Of a stretch of 64,000 bases of DNA, positions 41,020 through 52,379 are shown in pieces. This DNA is from a virus. Lineage: Duplodnaviria > Caudoviricetes. The notes beneath the pieces were generated by a model. That model did no database searches. It was not told the origin of the DNA and worked only from the letters and a program-made list of their open reading frames with translations. Positions within the stretch are counted from its first letter, which is position 1. Each line of letters begins with the position of its first letter. Made by a program: the position numbers and the translations under genes. The stretch is taken from positions 27,943 to 91,942 of IMG/VR virus record IMGVR_UViG_3300037067_013617; one strand, written 5' to 3'.

Positions 41020-41919
41020 TTAAATTTTAATCATTGCATCATCAACATTTAATTCAGTATCAATATAAAATGAAAGGGTAGTCGAGATCGAAGCGTGACC
41101 CAAAAATTTTGATACAGCATGAATATCTTTTTTTTCAACCGATATTTTATAGGTTGCAAACCAGTGTCTCAACAAATGCGGATGCACGATCTTTCCCGCT
41201 TTCCTTTCAAAAATATTATGTATTTCCATCCATAGATTTTTTCTGTCGTATTTTTTCCCGGCATTATTGTAGAACAAATACGGAATATCTTTAACTTCAG
41301 GAAATACTTTGCGTATATCAGATAGAAGGATATTGGATACATAAATCTTCCTCTCCTTTTTCCCTTTTCCGATAATTTTAATAATATAATTTTTATCATC
41401 GAATACACTAATATCTGAATTTTTAATATTTATGCACTCGGAAATTCTCATACCCGTTGCGGCCAGCACGCGGACAAAGATAATAATTTTTTTTTCTTTA
41501 GCCATTGTATCCGGCATTATCTTTGTTACTTTTTTAATGTCTTCAATGGTAAGGGCAATATTTATTCCTTTTGATGTCTTAAATGAAATTCGTCTAACTT
41601 GCTTCAGCGCATCTACCGGATTCTGTTTAATCTCTCCGGCTATCATCATTATTTTAAACATTTTTGATAGGCTAGCTGCTTTGCGGTTAATCGAATTATT
41701 CTTATAATTATTTTTTTCAAGATGTTGGATATATGCTAGTATGTCCGAAGCCGTTATATCTTTAGGATTTTTTTTGATAAAATCAAAAAATAATTTATAA
41801 TCCGCGGTATAACTGCGCTGTGTCTCTATTGATAAAGATCTCCATGCCGTATCTTTGAGCTGCATCATCCGGCTATTTTTATCAATAATCGCTAATTCTT
41901 TTCCGGTACTTTTGGGCAT
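41020..41919 (-). CDS. Xer-like tyrosine recombinase
   Basis: N-terminal core-binding domain, TGMRISE (R), GKGKKER (K), HPHLLRH (HxxR), LGH, TTLSFY (Y); about 300 aa with no arm-binding domain. Confidence 0.92.
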   Translation of the reverse strand: MPKSTGKELAIIDKNSRMMQLKDTAWRSLSIETQRSYTADYKLFFDFIKKNPKDITASDILAYIQHLEKNNYKNNSINRKAASLSKMFKIMMIAGEIKQNPVDALKQVRRISFKTSKGINIALTIEDIKKVTKIMPDTMAKEKKIIIFVRVLAATGMRISECINIKNSDISVFDDKNYIIKIIGKGKKERKIYVSNILLSDIRKVFPEVKDIPYLFYNNAGKKYDRKNLWMEIHNIFERKAGKIVHPHLLRHWFATYKISVEKKDIHAVSKFLGHASISTTLSFYIDTELNVDDAMIKI

Positions 41920-41928
41920 AATGTTCCT

Positions 41929-43653
41929 TTACAGTATATTCATTAATTGTTCATCTATTCTAGCTTCTTCTTCTTTTGAAATTTCGTCAATTCTATTTTT
42001 ATATTCAGTATCATTTTCCAGAACATAACCGACAATAGTTGGAAATTTTCCGTTGGCATCAACTATGATCTGTTTCGTTTTTTTAAAATATATTTGATTT
42101 TTTAAAGCATCTTCAATCGTTTCTATCTGCATATTTGTCCGAGTTCGCAGCCATTTCGTTGCTTTTTTCTTGGCATATCCGTCATGGAGAATGCATATCC
42201 ATTCACTGAAATCACTGCCGTAAAATCCTATCCCGCAATCGTAATCTACTTTCAAACTGTCCGGTTTTCCTGCTTTCTGATGACGCGAATAAGACACGTC
42301 CTCGACATCATAAGGCTTTGGTTTCTGCCATTCCGAAAGGATTGCTGCCGTACTCGCTTCGTCATCATGTGAGGGATTGCTCGGAAATTCATATCCGCAG
42401 GTCGGGCAGGTTCGAGTAGATAAGGCAACCAAGGCCTGACATTCAGGACATTCTTTTTGCGGGGTACCTTTTGTAACTTCATTTCCTTTTCCATTTTTTT
42501 TCTTTCTTATTTCAATAGCATCAAGTTTCCCATGATATAAAATATTGCCACCATAATCTAAGATCAAACAATTTTTTTTATCTGAATGCATTCTTAGACC
42601 GCGTCCTAATACTTGAACATAGAGACCAGGACTTTTAGTTGCGAATAATAAACAAATACAATCTATTGCTTTTTCATTGAAACCTTCTGTCAAAATACCT
42701 ATATTAATTAGAGCTTTTATTTGTCCATTTTTAAAATTTTTAATATTTTGTTCATTTATTTTTTTATCTTGTTTTGAATGAATAACTTTTGCAGATATTC
42801 CTATATTATTCATCTCTTTCTCTATTTCTATCGCATGATTAATGCCAGCAGCAAAAACTAATATTTTTTTTCTATCTTGAGTTAATATTTTTATTTCTGA
42901 AACGGCTCTCGCAACTAATCCTTGAACGCGGAAAGCTTCCTCCATCTCTCCCTGTATATATTCTCCTCCGCGTGTATGGACATTGGATAAATCAGCCTGT
43001 GCTTGTATCGTACCATTTTTAGAAATTAATTCACATAGATATTGTTTGTGATCTCTATTTTTGAAATGATTTGGATTTATAAGTTCAGGGATATTAACAG
43101 AATAAATTATATCATGGAAAATAGCATTTTTCCCTTCACAAATTAGTCCTGTTTTCATTCGATAGCATGTCGCACTTAATCCAATAATTAATAAATTTGG
43201 ATTTATTTTCAACAATTCATTAATAAATTTTCTATATATACCCATTTGTTCGCTATCTACTCGATGTACTTCGTCTATAATAAGACAATCTTGCCAGCCA
43301 GCAATTTCATAAGCACGTTTATAAATAGATTGAATACTCGCAAACATTATTCTTTGTCCTGAATTTCTTAGACCTAATCCGGCAGAATATATACCTATAT
43401 TAGAAAATAATCCATTATTATCTAACAAATCTGTTAATTCGATATAATTTTGTTTGAGTAATTCAGCCCTATGTGCAAGCAACAATACCCGTGTATGATC
43501 CCATTCTAATAACCATTTTACGATTAATGCTTGTATATAAGATTTCCCGCTTCCTGTACACATAGAAATTAAAGGATGTTTGCCTGGATTATTAATTATA
43601 TATGTTTTTAAGGCTTCCATTGCATCAATTTGATAATAACGTGGCGTAATCAT
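41929..43653 (-). CDS. SF2 helicase (RadD/YejH-like) with Zn finger
   Basis: TGSGKS, DEVH, SAT, Q..GRGLR, CPEC..CPTC. Confidence 0.9.
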   Translation of the reverse strand: MITPRYYQIDAMEALKTYIINNPGKHPLISMCTGSGKSYIQALIVKWLLEWDHTRVLLLAHRAELLKQNYIELTDLLDNNGLFSNIGIYSAGLGLRNSGQRIMFASIQSIYKRAYEIAGWQDCLIIDEVHRVDSEQMGIYRKFINELLKINPNLLIIGLSATCYRMKTGLICEGKNAIFHDIIYSVNIPELINPNHFKNRDHKQYLCELISKNGTIQAQADLSNVHTRGGEYIQGEMEEAFRVQGLVARAVSEIKILTQDRKKILVFAAGINHAIEIEKEMNNIGISAKVIHSKQDKKINEQNIKNFKNGQIKALINIGILTEGFNEKAIDCICLLFATKSPGLYVQVLGRGLRMHSDKKNCLILDYGGNILYHGKLDAIEIRKKKNGKGNEVTKGTPQKECPECQALVALSTRTCPTCGYEFPSNPSHDDEASTAAILSEWQKPKPYDVEDVSYSRHQKAGKPDSLKVDYDCGIGFYGSDFSEWICILHDGYAKKKATKWLRTRTNMQIETIEDALKNQIYFKKTKQIIVDANGKFPTIVGYVLENDTEYKNRIDEISKEEEARIDEQLMNIL

Positions 43654-44588
43654 AGTTTAAATCCTTCTGGTAATAAATGTTCTATTTTGTGTTGTTTTAT
43701 AAGTTCTATATCTATTTTATTACTTTTTGATTTATTCTCTTGAGTTAATAAAATCCTTAAATTTTTAGGATTCCAACATTTTTCAATATCAGAATTATTC
43801 AAAAAATTATATGAAGAACGTGGAATAATATGATCGATTTGATATAATTTTTTATTTTTTATATATTTTTCCCACAATGGATCTTGTTGAAATTGTTCAA
43901 AATAATTTTCTTTTGTTTGTTTTGCATAATAATAAAAACAATTTTTTTTTGTAATATTTTTGGTTTTTAGATATGTCCGAAATAATGTATGCAATAATTC
44001 ATTGATATAATATATCGGATCTTGTTGCATTTTTTTTTGTTTATACACTTTCCACTTTTGTATAACTTCTTTTTTATTGTTTTGATAATATATTTTACGT
44101 TTTTCTTGAATTTCTTTTTTATTATTTTGATAATATTCTTTCGCATATTGTTTCTTCCGTTCTTTATGCTTTTCTTGGTATTTTTTCTTCCGACTTAAAA
44201 TTTTTTCTTTATTGTTATGATAATAATTAGTTCTTTTAATTTTATAATATTCAGGATTGGCATAATATTTTTCCATTTGAATTTTTAAAAGATTTATCTT
44301 ATTATCATCGTAATATTTTTTTGATTTTTGATTTAATCTTTTTTTGTTTCTTAAATACCATCCTTTTTTATATTTTTTACCGTTACTTAATTCTATTTCT
44401 TTATGTGATTCATAATATTCTTTTCTTTTCAATTTTATATAATTTGCATTATTTTTTTTGTATATTCTAGTACAATTCTTACAAGAAGAATATAACCCAT
44501 CTATTTTAGTCTTATCTCTATAAAATTCTGTTAATGATTTCTCTATCTCGCACTTACTACAAATTTTAATTTCCATCTCTTCCGCCAA
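43650..44588 (-). CDS. HNH homing endonuclease
   Basis: CSKC..CKNC, Y..NK repeats, IDHIIP..NLRIL..ENKSKSN. Confidence 0.85.
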   Translation of the reverse strand: MAEEMEIKICSKCEIEKSLTEFYRDKTKIDGLYSSCKNCTRIYKKNNANYIKLKRKEYYESHKEIELSNGKKYKKGWYLRNKKRLNQKSKKYYDDNKINLLKIQMEKYYANPEYYKIKRTNYYHNNKEKILSRKKKYQEKHKERKKQYAKEYYQNNKKEIQEKRKIYYQNNKKEVIQKWKVYKQKKMQQDPIYYINELLHTLFRTYLKTKNITKKNCFYYYAKQTKENYFEQFQQDPLWEKYIKNKKLYQIDHIIPRSSYNFLNNSDIEKCWNPKNLRILLTQENKSKSNKIDIELIKQHKIEHLLPEGFKL

Positions 44589-44750
44589 TAAAAAAAGCCT
44601 ATTCCCTTGTTCCCATCATTTCTAATGGCTTGACCGAACAAGAAAATAAGCTTTTAAAGTTTCTTTATTTTATTAAAGAAACATATAACCGGTCAAGTAT
44701 TTATATGTTTCTTTAATATGAGAGAAACATATAAAGAAGAGATTTATAGG

Positions 44751-44816
44751 TCAAGTATTTTTTAGAAAAATATTATGCCCGTTCAGTGCTAATTGTATTG
44801 CTTGTTCCTGTGTCAT
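44751..44816 (-). pseudogene. Orphan 5' stub resembling a Pif1-family helicase N-terminus
   Basis: GGGAG RBS then MTQEQAIQLALNGHNIFL followed by KNT and a stop. Confidence 0.5.
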
Positions 44817-44837
44817 TAAGTTCTCCCGTTATATTTT

Positions 44838-45989
44838 TTATATATCCTTCAGCCCGCTTTTTTCCCATGCTTTTCGCGGGATGTCTTTTTCATCAACAAT
44901 TTCTCCCTGGAATGCTTGCTGCGTTTTGACTATTCCGCGAGTTAGATTATTGACTGATTTAATTTTATTGAATAAGTAATCACTGGGGAAAATCGCGTCA
45001 AGTTCGCCCTTTAATTCGGGAAGGCCGGTTGAATAAACATTTGCAAATTTATATCCTGCGTCTGTTTGATAAATGCATCCATCTTCCTGCTGTTCGATTA
45101 ACTTTGCCTGAATAAGTGCAGGATTATAAACATGGTATTGACAGCCTTTCATTAAAAAATCATCTGTGATATCAATTTCTTTTTTTAAGCATTTACGAAT
45201 GCCGCCATTGATCGGCTCTGAGTACCGGCAGGTCTTACAATTCACTAACGGAAAGTCTCCGTCGTGGCATACTTTCTGGAACGCGCAAAATTTGCATTTA
45301 TAAAATTCGCGTTTATCAGAAAGACGTGCAGGGATGGTCCAGTTATCAAAAATAATTATTTTTGCTTTTTCGATTATGCCTTCAGCGTATTTTTTATCGT
45401 AATCGGTACGGCAAGATGTATGTCCTCTCCCGCCTGGAAGCGATGCAACTAAATAATGTCTTTCCAATTGGAAGGCGTGCATATAAATTTGAGCTTGCGA
45501 AAAATAAATAATATCAAAATTTCGCAATGCTCCTTTTTCTCCTTTTTCTTGAATTGATTTATTTAATTCATTAAATCTTTTTTCATTTATAGCCTTGTGT
45601 TCAAAAATATGATATGTCTTAGGAGATTGAAGAAGCCCTTTGATAATTCCATCGACGTGCCCTCGAAAATGAGAAAGGAGTAGTTCAAAACCGAGCTGAT
45701 TACCATTTCCATCATCATTATGCAACTCAATATTTTTTAATGCTCTCAGCCTTTTTATAGTAGTTTCTTCCTGTTGATAACCATCTTGAATAGCTTTAAT
45801 TCCTGATATTGAAATTATTCTTTTTGCTACACCGCGAAAAGAATAAAAAAGTTTACGGTAACATTCGTCACCGATTTCCGATGCACCTAAATAATGTCTT
45901 GATTGTTCTAAAGTTTGTTCATATTCAAGTTGTTTATTCATTGCTTCCAAAGTTGGATCGGAATAAATATTTAAATTTAATTCAGCCAT
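44838..45989 (-). CDS. Cas4-like PD-(D/E)XK exonuclease
   Basis: LGAS.IG.EC.R, GHVDG, EHK, Q..YM, CKFC..C; start moved to MAELNL with GGAG RBS. Confidence 0.85.
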   Translation of the reverse strand: MAELNLNIYSDPTLEAMNKQLEYEQTLEQSRHYLGASEIGDECYRKLFYSFRGVAKRIISISGIKAIQDGYQQEETTIKRLRALKNIELHNDDGNGNQLGFELLLSHFRGHVDGIIKGLLQSPKTYHIFEHKAINEKRFNELNKSIQEKGEKGALRNFDIIYFSQAQIYMHAFQLERHYLVASLPGGRGHTSCRTDYDKKYAEGIIEKAKIIIFDNWTIPARLSDKREFYKCKFCAFQKVCHDGDFPLVNCKTCRYSEPINGGIRKCLKKEIDITDDFLMKGCQYHVYNPALIQAKLIEQQEDGCIYQTDAGYKFANVYSTGLPELKGELDAIFPSDYLFNKIKSVNNLTRGIVKTQQAFQGEIVDEKDIPRKAWEKSGLKDI

Positions 45990-46920
45990 TGTTATTTTCT
46001 CCTGTAATTTTTTTATTAGCATATTTCCATTTAAAACCACCGGCTTCATTACGTTTGTTATTACAACATCGAGAAATATCAGCACTACTAATTTTTAATT
46101 TTTTTTCAACAATTCTTAATCCGTTCCATTTTTTTATTATTTTATTAGTGTGAATGTTAATTTGATAAACATCTATTCTTTTTAACCACCTTTTGTCTTT
46201 TCTGATTTTAAAAGGATTGTAATTATTCACGAATGCCCATCTAAAACCACCTACTGTTATAATTTTTTTCCTACATGCTTTAGAAATAGATGATGCATCT
46301 ATTTTTAGTATTTTTTGTATATTTATTTGACTTTCCCATTTTTTTATAATTTTATTAGTTTTTTTATCAATTTGATAAATTGCTTTTGATTGTGGATTTT
46401 TTTCTCCATGTAATCCATATCGAGGATGATTTTCTCCATGATGTCCTCTTTTCGCATTTGGAATACCTATCTGAGCTTTTCTTATCTTTTTTTTATGCTC
46501 TAAAGATAATTTTTTTCCTCTAAAAAAATTTGCCATTTTTTCTATCTGTTCAATTGATTTTTTTTTACCTTTTAAAGCATCACTTAATTTTTTTCTTGTT
46601 TCTTTAGACCGTTTTATCCCTAATGGACTATTAACAATTTGATGTAAATTATATAACTCTTTTTTAAATTTATACGCATTGACCATTCTCTGTTCATAAA
46701 AAAATAAATTTTCCTTGTTGCAATATAATAGAATTTCAAATTTAAAATTTAATTCGCCATGTTTGTTGTAAGCTCTTTGTAAATAAGAATTATAATGTTT
46801 CTTGTTTTTTAAATCAAAAAAATGTTGATTTTGTCTTCTTTTTAAATCAATAGCACTCCCGATATATCTTTTCCCATTGATTCGATTAATAATTTGATAA
46901 ATGCCAGTATTGTATTCCAT
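45982..46920 (-). CDS. GIY-YIG homing endonuclease (NUMOD3, two NUMOD1)
   Basis: NTGIYQI..KRYIGSA; two GGF.W repeats. Confidence 0.9.
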   Translation of the reverse strand: MEYNTGIYQIINRINGKRYIGSAIDLKRRQNQHFFDLKNKKHYNSYLQRAYNKHGELNFKFEILLYCNKENLFFYEQRMVNAYKFKKELYNLHQIVNSPLGIKRSKETRKKLSDALKGKKKSIEQIEKMANFFRGKKLSLEHKKKIRKAQIGIPNAKRGHHGENHPRYGLHGEKNPQSKAIYQIDKKTNKIIKKWESQINIQKILKIDASSISKACRKKIITVGGFRWAFVNNYNPFKIRKDKRWLKRIDVYQINIHTNKIIKKWNGLRIVEKKLKISSADISRCCNNKRNEAGGFKWKYANKKITGENNNG

Positions 46921-47671
46921 TAGAATAACATTATATCAATCTTTTGCTCAGGTATTGCAGCCATATTATATTCTCCCTATTTATTTATATTAATTATGAC
47001 GATGCTGGCGCATCTTCGATTTTTTCTGCCATGACAGCTTCGCATGTAATCCCTAATTTTTGATTTAAAGAAAAAATAGCTTCGGCCTCTATTCTATTCC
47101 TTAAATCATCGGAAATAAAATCTTTAATTTCTACTTTGCCGAGTCCGGGAACATCGATAGACGCTGAACAATGCTTAAATTCCGTTGTCCCGCTTTTCCA
47201 TGTGATGTGAGCACTTTCTATTTGCATACAAACGGTCTCCTGTTTTTTAATGATTTTTTATACGCTTCGATACATTTCGTTAAACGTGCTAAATAAAGAT
47301 TTCGCTCACGGTTGGAAGCGAACCAAAAAGAATAAGAAGCATTATCATGTATCCGCCCTGTTCCCCTCAAACATATTTCGCCAAAATGATGATTATATAA
47401 TGCGTTTTCGCTGTAATATAACGCAGGAGCAGCCAGAGATAATATTGCAAAACAATATCTTTTTTCTTTTAATTCAAAAATCTGTCTTTTCCCTCTCAAC
47501 CCTTCGTCCATCTCCAATACTTGCATTGACAATTGACGATCCGATTTAATGATTTTAATTTTAAAATATCCGGGATACATGATTTTACCTCCTGTTTGTT
47601 ATGAAGACATTAATTTAATGCTCTATATCCGTCAAGCAATTATTTTAAAATATTATAATTTTTTCAGAATT

Positions 47672-47731
47672 CAGACGCGGAGCGAATTGAACGCTCAGCC
47701 TTGGGATCCAAAGTCTCACGCTCTACCAGTT
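47672..47731 (-). tRNA. Pseudo-tRNA-Gln(UUG), 5' end lost
   Basis: CTGGTAGAGC, anticodon arm TGAGA-CTTTGGA-TCCCA, T arm GAGCG-TTCAATT-CGCTC, 3' acceptor CGCGTCT-G; no complementary 5' acceptor strand. Confidence 0.7.
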
Positions 47732-47971
47732 CTATTTGTTTATGGATATGATATAAATATATCATAATTTTCTATTTTATCATCATAACATTTTGATAAT
47801 CCATTATTTTCCGTAGAAGACATAAATGACAAACTTTCATTTTCGATATCTATCCATGCTTTATCTAATATGATAACAGTCTTGCTTGTTTTGTGTATTA
47901 ATTTAAATTTTAAAAGTAGCTTAGATTCTTTTTGATTTAATTTGTTCATATTTTTCTCCTTTTTTTGTATT

Positions 47972-47999
47972 TTACGACATAAGCGGACTTTTGTCGTAA
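47972..47999. repeat. dif-like site F (spacer GCGGAC)
   Basis: TTACGACATAA GCGGAC TTTTGTCGTAA abutting the stop at 48000. Confidence 0.8.
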
Positions 48000-48282
48000 T
48001 TATAATTGACGAATTTTATTCCATTCGGATTCACATTCATTTTGAAATTCTTCATCATCTATATGCGGAGTGAATCCTCCGAATTGATCCAATTTCCCGC
48101 CATTCTTGTATTTTGATTTTCCCGAACTGAAATCATATTCGGGATCACTTGACCATGCACAATTTGGACATCCCCAAGGACCATGTATAACACCTACTCC
48201 TATATCAACGGTATCTCTATGGCAACCATTCCCGCATTTAGGACATTTCATGTTTTCCATATATTTTTCTCCTTCTCACTCT

Positions 48283-48474
48283 TTACGCATCTAATTCCAA
48301 AGGCTCATGCTCTTCTTGTTCGTGATGAAATAATTCTCCCAAATCGCGCATATCGACTGACTGCCCGCAGATTTTACAAGTATAATAATTCTCTATCTCT
48401 GGAATATCTATTTTATTTCCATTCTCGTCTACCGGGTGGCCGGTGATCCCTGTTGCAATATTATTTGTTTTCAT
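48283..48474 (-). CDS. 63-aa Zn-finger-like protein, paralog of 32733
   Basis: 55/63 identical residues. Confidence 0.75.
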   Translation of the reverse strand: MKTNNIATGITGHPVDENGNKIDIPEIENYYTCKICGQSVDMRDLGELFHHEQEEHEPLELDA

Positions 48475-51449
48475 ATATTCTCCTCAATAAAATTACTATC
48501 TGCATTTTCAATCTTATAATAAGATTCCGGTTCTCCGATATTTGGAATATTATCTACATAATGAGATCGGAGAAATGAAGCAGCACGATCTCTACTGAAT
48601 TCCTTATCGAAAAATTTTTTATGCTCCCATCTATCCGGCTGATAAAAAATATTGCCATCATAATCTTTCCGCGGCATCTGTTTAATCGGACTGGCAATAA
48701 ATAGCTTCATCCTTTCAACTTCTTCTTTATGCTTGAAAAGAAAGCTGCGTTTAAATTTCCTGCGCTGCGCCGAGTTCATATATTATTCTCTTCAATAACA
48801 TTTATATATCTTTCACATTTTTGATAAAAAATATTTATTCCCATTGTGGTTCTATCAGCGAATCCCTTTGCATCAAAGGGATTCGACATTCCAAAAGATA
48901 TTCCTTTACTTAATAAATATTCTATCATATAACCAAAGAGCATTTGCTTTGTTGCTTTAATTGCAGTTTCTCCTTCATCTCCTATGACTATAATGAAACC
49001 TGTTAAATTCATGCTCGGTGCGTATTTTTTTTCCGTCATCCATTCCCAAAATTTATTCATATTTCCTCCCGAACGGTGAAATTATTTCTACCGCCATTAC
49101 TATAAATTTACAATCCGTACAAATAGTCTGTTCTTTTTTTAGCTTGAGCAATCTCTTTTGCTCTTCGTTATCCAACAAATTTGAGAATCCGGCGTTATGT
49201 CTGGTAATTTTTGTACCGCAAATTTGACAATTTTTCATAATATTTATTTCTCCTTTTCTTTTATTGTCGGAGACTCCTGAAAAAATACTTTAATGTTTTT
49301 TATAAATTATTATTAATCCTTAATTCTTCTGATAGTTTACTTTCAAATTTTATATGTTCCATCCCAAAAATATTTTTTATTGGTTCTTGTAATTGACCGA
49401 AATATTTTTGCCATTCCACATTATGAGGATTATTATAAAAAATATTTTGCGCTGAAGTAATATTAGGTGTAAAATAAAAATTTAAAGCGTGGGCAAGTTC
49501 ATGTGCAAGAATAATTGCAGTAAAATAAATATCATTGTTTGCGGATATTCTTATCATGCAACCTATTCCTGGATGTACTATAAAATCTCCATGTATCCTT
49601 TCTTCTTTTTCTAAATCGGGAACAAATTTTATATTTATATCAAAATGATTATTGCATCCTATTATTAAATCAAAATTTGCTAAAACAATATCAATCGGAT
49701 TATTTTTTATTGATGTTTTATTCATTGGTTTTATTTTATTTGTAGAACCTATATTCAATTGTGTTATGTTTAACATTTGTCTTCCTATTTTTTTATAATA
49801 CCGTGCCCGATTTTTTTGCCAGGACGAGCACAGGAGGAGGAAATCCTTTTTCATAAGTGTCTTCTAAAAACTTCCTTGCCCACTCTTCAGTAACTTGATC
49901 TTCTTGGATTTCTTCTGCATTAAATTTCATATTGACTCCTTTAGACTACAATTAAATCCATAATCTATAATTGTTTTAGTATATTTATCAGGATGAGTGC
50001 AATAATACCATTGTTCGTTATGTTGTTCATTCCATTTCTTTTTTAGATATTTACAGTCATTGCAATAAGTCATTCTATTACCTCCGAGATTTTCTTTTGT
50101 GTGATGGAATTGATTAAGGGTTTTAATCTATCTGCATAAATATACAATTTATCCTCTTCTCCTCTATTGTTATATATTTTTATCAATGCTTCCAGCATCT
50201 GTTTGTTTTGCTGTTTGAGATATTCGTTAAAACAAGTTTCATAACACCCTGATATTTCACAAACTCCCCTATTACCATCACACTTATTACTATTACATTT
50301 ATTTTTTTCAAAAGCATTTTCTGGATTATATTCCATCTTCTTTCTCCTTATAAGATTCTATTGTCTTATACAATCTTTTATCAATGGGAAGATCAACCCG
50401 ATGTAGATATAAAGCACAACCCGGAGTATGACACTCCTTGCCTATTCCTTTTAAGCAATCATCACAAATAATTATTTCTATTTTTCTTAACATATAATTA
50501 TTTCTCCTGTTGATTAATTAAAATAACAATCTTTAAATCCTTGCCAATACCAATCTTGCATTTCCCATTTTTTCCAACCATAAGGTTTCCAGTTAAAAGG
50601 AAAGTCCCAAATTTTTCTATACCAACGCCTGAAAAATCTTTTTATCATATTATTTCTCCTTTATATATAACAGCCTTCGTTTGGTTCAGTACATTGAAGC
50701 AATCCTTCATCCTGATTAGTTGCAAATCCCCAACAATAACCTAATGGATGCTGCCATTCCTTATCGGATATAGGGCAATGTTTTGGTTTAACATATTCCG
50801 CTATTGTTCCATCGCTTAGTCTAACTTTTATACTTACCATATTATTTCTCCTGCAATTTAACCAACGCAAAATGTAAATCAACAGCATCTCTATATTTAT
50901 TTAAGTTATCTGTTATTGTACGGGATTGTTCTTTAGAGATTTTATAATATTCGCAAAGTCGGTTATGGCAATCAGTTCGCCTATTTTCCAATACGTACAT
51001 TCCGGGATTATTTTGCATCGTTTCGATCCACCCCCAGTATTCCCATGTGATTTTTGGTACGTTAGATGCTCCTGTTAGACTTTGACTCATATTATTTCTC
51101 CTTGTTTAATTATTTAAAATATTGGACTAAACTATAATCATGCATATCAGCTATTACAGTATCGCCTTCATAAATTCTATAAAATGTTACATTGCAAAAT
51201 TCCGCCGGACTATATAAAATTGGTTCTATTTCAGTAACACCTTTTTTGCCCACTTCATAATTTAATTCGGAACAATCTTCTGTATTTTTCCAAAATAAAG
51301 TTACAGATTTTATTTTCATCTTTTAACCTCCGTATTTTACTAATGGATAATAAATACATTCATTATGTTTTCTATCTGAAATCCATACAGTCCGCAATAC
51401 TTCCATCTTCTTTCTCCTACCCTCCTAAATATTTAAGTAAGTCTTTGAA

Positions 51450-52223
51450 TTATTCAAACATTACTTGTTGGTCTGGATCATCTGCCTGTACTCGATCTTC
51501 ATTCATCCACCAGATAAACATTTCTTCGCCGTTCTTCCAACGATCAACTGATGTTTTTCCTTCTGCTTGTCTTTTATTATATAATTTTACAAACGCTCTT
51601 TTAAATGCTTCGATATATTTCGGATAACGCTCAGCTTCAACAAGCCTATGCTTTCCAGCCATAGGACATAAGAGACAACCGATCCGCTTCCAGCCTTCAT
51701 CATATAGTTTACAATATGGCATTTTATTGATCTTTATAAATTCCCATACATCTTCGTCTGTCCAATCGATAATAGGATTTATATATATTTTGCTGGCATC
51801 TTTCGTACAATGTTCAACAGTTTTCCGTTTAGATCTCTGTTGTGATTCAGCCCATCGGACACCCGTTATTACTCGCCTACCAGCTCCGCCACCTTCTTTG
51901 AGATATTCACAACACCACCGTCTATGTCGTTGTGGAAAACCTTTCTGTACCAATTTGTTAAAAAATGATTTTTCCGGTAATTCAAAAATTACGTCTTTAT
52001 GATACTGCCGAATATATTTAACAAGATCAGGTGGATCAATTGTTGTTACGTTATAATGAGCGTCATACTTTACGCCTGCCATGTCTGCTAGTTTCTTAAT
52101 TACGATTGAGTCTTTACCGCCGGAGAAAGCCAGATAATAACCTTCCGCCGGTTCAAAAGTTTGCAGTCTTTTTATTGATACGTAAATCAAATCGACTTTA
52201 TCAAATAAGGATTCTCTTATCAT
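51450..52223 (-). CDS. PAPS-reductase-family protein
   Basis: FSGGKDS, RWCC..LKE, GVRWAES..R, PIIDW, RIGCLLCP; start moved to MIRESL. Confidence 0.85.
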   Translation of the reverse strand: MIRESLFDKVDLIYVSIKRLQTFEPAEGYYLAFSGGKDSIVIKKLADMAGVKYDAHYNVTTIDPPDLVKYIRQYHKDVIFELPEKSFFNKLVQKGFPQRHRRWCCEYLKEGGGAGRRVITGVRWAESQQRSKRKTVEHCTKDASKIYINPIIDWTDEDVWEFIKINKMPYCKLYDEGWKRIGCLLCPMAGKHRLVEAERYPKYIEAFKRAFVKLYNKRQAEGKTSVDRWKNGEEMFIWWMNEDRVQADDPDQQVMFE

Positions 52224-52379
52224 ATCTGTCCGTTGGTTAATGAGATTGAGCGTTTCATAGATGCCGTTCTGCCATGTGCCGTTCGTCTTTCTTGAGGACT
52301 GCAACAGCTACCAATCTTCATTTTATTTTTCCGCCTATATTAAACGAGCATCGCCCGTGTTAATATCAAAATTAGCCAT

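Larger units (their letters stand above)
46994..51319 (-). other. Cluster of small hypothetical ORFs (46994, 47218, 47740, 48000, 48283, 48471, 48776, 49053, 49300, 50070, 50661, 50842, 51110 and others)
   Basis: Packed minus-strand ORFs, mostly with AGGAG RBS; 49300 has HELAH...H..EW (SprT-like). Confidence 0.65.

Noticed and set aside
41008-41035. TAGTCGCATAA next to the recombinase stop as another dif-like site
   Set aside because: There is no matching right arm, and the CAT is the start of a small downstream ORF
43650-46920. Group I introns housing the HNH and GIY-YIG genes
   Set aside because: There is no room for an intron core around the GIY-YIG, no recognisable P7 elements, and the downstream genes have their own starts
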